The notes under the pieces: generated by a model
Told to the model about the DNA's origin: nothing
Databases searched by the model: none
What the model saw: only the letters and a program-made list of their open reading frames with translations
From: Parasitella parasitica NRRL 2501
Lineage: Eukaryota > Fungi > Mucoromycota
NCBI GenBank assembly: GCA_025201805.1
Contig: MU619362.1
Coordinates: 29,141 to 93,140 of the forward strand
Direction: 5' to 3'
Length of the DNA: 64,000 nucleotides
In this document: positions 62,522 through 64,000 of the stretch, one piece after another
Layout: every line of letters begins with the position of its first letter
Position numbering within the stretch: the stretch's first letter is position 1
Translations under genes and position numbers: made by a program

Positions 62522-64000
62522 ACGAGCTGTATCACACCGCCACGTTCGGTTAAATTTTCACCTTCGCTTCGCTACGGTAAATTTACCCTTCACTAAAGCG
62601 GTGTACAGCTCGTGCTGCCGCAGGCCTGTTTTACCATTGAAATAAAGTGCTTATAATTTGAATTTTATTTGTTCTTATGCATTGTAGAAAACTTCTTGAT
62701 AAACGATATTGTGAGTATATGACCCAGTATGATTGTCTATTCGGGATATATCATCAGAGATCATTACTTTGATAGAAGTTGGCGTCCTCACACGCGATAA
62801 TGCGACATACAGTTGACCGTGACCAAATAAATGGCCTGGCAGGTACAAACCAACAGAATTTAGCGTTTGCCCTTGCGACTTGTTGATGGTCATCGCAAAT
62901 GCCAGTCTTACGGGAAACTGGATTCGTTGAAAATCAAAAGGTGAGAGGCCTTCAGTGGCAAGAGAAATGAATTTGATTTTAGGGATAAGAACAATGTTGC
63001 CAGCATTGGGCCCAGTAGCAATGATTGCTTCGATGACATTCGTCATGAGAGAGTTGACGATTAATCTCGTACCATTACAGATGCCAGCCGCAGGATCAAT
63101 ATTTCTGATTGCCATAATTGGAGCACCAATTTTCAAATCAAGAATATGAGGAGGCAAAGACCCATTTTCGATGGTGTTAAGCATCTCAACCGGCATTGTC
63201 AATTGAGATTCATCTTCGCAGGCTTGATCACTACTGACGTACGACATTTTGCGCCCTTCAATACACTCCAAGAGTATATCGTTTATCACCTTGACATCTC
63301 TGTTTTTTGCAGTCAAGATAGCCCTCCCAGCAAAGTAATTAAGACTGTTGGCCGCAGTCGCAATATCAAAGAATATGCTTCTTATCAAATTAATCAAATT
63401 ATCTCCAGGTATGAGCATCTCCTCAGGAATTTGGATAAAATCTGTAGGTATGTCTCTGGGCAGAGTAATTGTAGGAACAGTACCTTGACCAACCTGAAGT
63501 AGATAATCAGCGAACTGTTGAAGTTCATTGGCAAGACCTGGATTGTCAGTTTGAAGAGCCTGTTGAACTCTCATGTTTGTGTGCAATTTCATTGAGACCA
63601 CCAATGGCCAAAAGCATGCTTTGTTCAAGCACTGGCCGACAATAACCGATCTGCTGGCACCACGGATTATCGGTAAAATCTGACGAAAATCTCCACCAAA
63701 AACCATGAGAAGGCCACCAAAAGGGAGATCAGCATTCATTATATCACGAAATGAGCGATCAACTGTTGCTATCAAGTCCTTGCTAATCATTGAACATTCA
63801 TCCCAAACAATAATTTTTGCTCTTTGGATAAATGATGCTATATTAGAGCGGGGCGAAATGTCGCACATGCTAGTATTGCCTACTTCTAAAGGTATCTTGA
63901 AGGTAGAGTGAGCAGTACGTCCGCCTTTGAGCAACAATGCAGCAGTTCCACTTGATGCCACAGCAATTGCAATATGACCTTCTCGTCTCACACGATTAAG
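62522..64000 (-). mobile_element. Helitron 3' end (PIF1-family helicase plus terminal hairpin); continues beyond the window
   Basis: Intronless PIF1-like ORF followed about 60 nt later by a long imperfect palindrome ending CTCGT|T. Confidence 0.85.
62675..64000 (-). CDS. Helitron RepHel PIF1-like DNA helicase, C-terminal part
   Basis: AVASSGTAALLLKGGRTAHSTFKIP, WDECSM, FGGDFRQILP, RNIDP..GICNGTRL, QFPVRLAFAMTINKSQGQTL, GQLYVALSRV. Confidence 0.93.
   Translation of the reverse strand, partial: LNRVRREGHIAIAVASSGTAALLLKGGRTAHSTFKIPLEVGNTSMCDISPRSNIASFIQRAKIIVWDECSMISKDLIATVDRSFRDIMNADLPFGGLLMVFGGDFRQILPIIRGASRSVIVGQCLNKACFWPLVVSMKLHTNMRVQQALQTDNPGLANELQQFADYLLQVGQGTVPTITLPRDIPTDFIQIPEEMLIPGDNLINLIRSIFFDIATAANSLNYFAGRAILTAKNRDVKVINDILLECIEGRKMSYVSSDQACEDESQLTMPVEMLNTIENGSLPPHILDLKIGAPIMAIRNIDPAAGICNGTRLIVNSLMTNVIEAIIATGPNAGNIVLIPKIKFISLATEGLSPFDFQRIQFPVRLAFAMTINKSQGQTLNSVGLYLPGHLFGHGQLYVALSRVRTPTSIKVMISDDISRIDNHTGSYTHNIVYQEVFYNA

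Overview
AT-rich eukaryotic genomic DNA with short GT-AG introns. The gene set and repeat families point to an early-diverging fungus, most likely Mucorales (Mucor-like). About 20 intact or near-intact protein genes are recognisable: Mtc1-like, an SDR, an RlpA/DPBB protein, DUF3605, an RNF216-like RBR E3, a polyQ bZIP, a JSN1-like Puf/RRM protein, Yippee, OLA1, Rax1-like, malic enzyme, Ecl1-like, actin, EHD, Yip1 family, ABC1/ADCK1 kinase, TGL2 lipase, a DH-domain protein, an alpha-arrestin and Spt23/Mga2-like. There is one tRNA-Ala(AGC) and several repeat islands. The most striking island (about 21.9-28.1 kb) lies directly upstream of the tRNA. It holds the 5' half of a LINE facing the tRNA head-to-head, with ORF1 and ORF2 joined by an overlapping TAATG. 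Next come a degenerate 18S rRNA 5' fragment with possible 5'-ETS, stacked solo-LTR-like sequences including an inverted pair of about 300 bp, and a LINE 3' fragment. This suggests tRNA-targeted retrotransposition. At the right end, a 5'-truncated LINE carries an 11-bp TSD that duplicates an intron donor of a degraded PD-(D/E)xK-like gene, and a Helitron helicase ends in a long terminal hairpin. Unusual protein architectures include an Spt23/Mga2 homologue without ankyrin repeats or membrane anchor and an RBR ligase with a hydrophobic hairpin inside its IBR domain. All calls come from reading the sequence by eye; no database searches were run.
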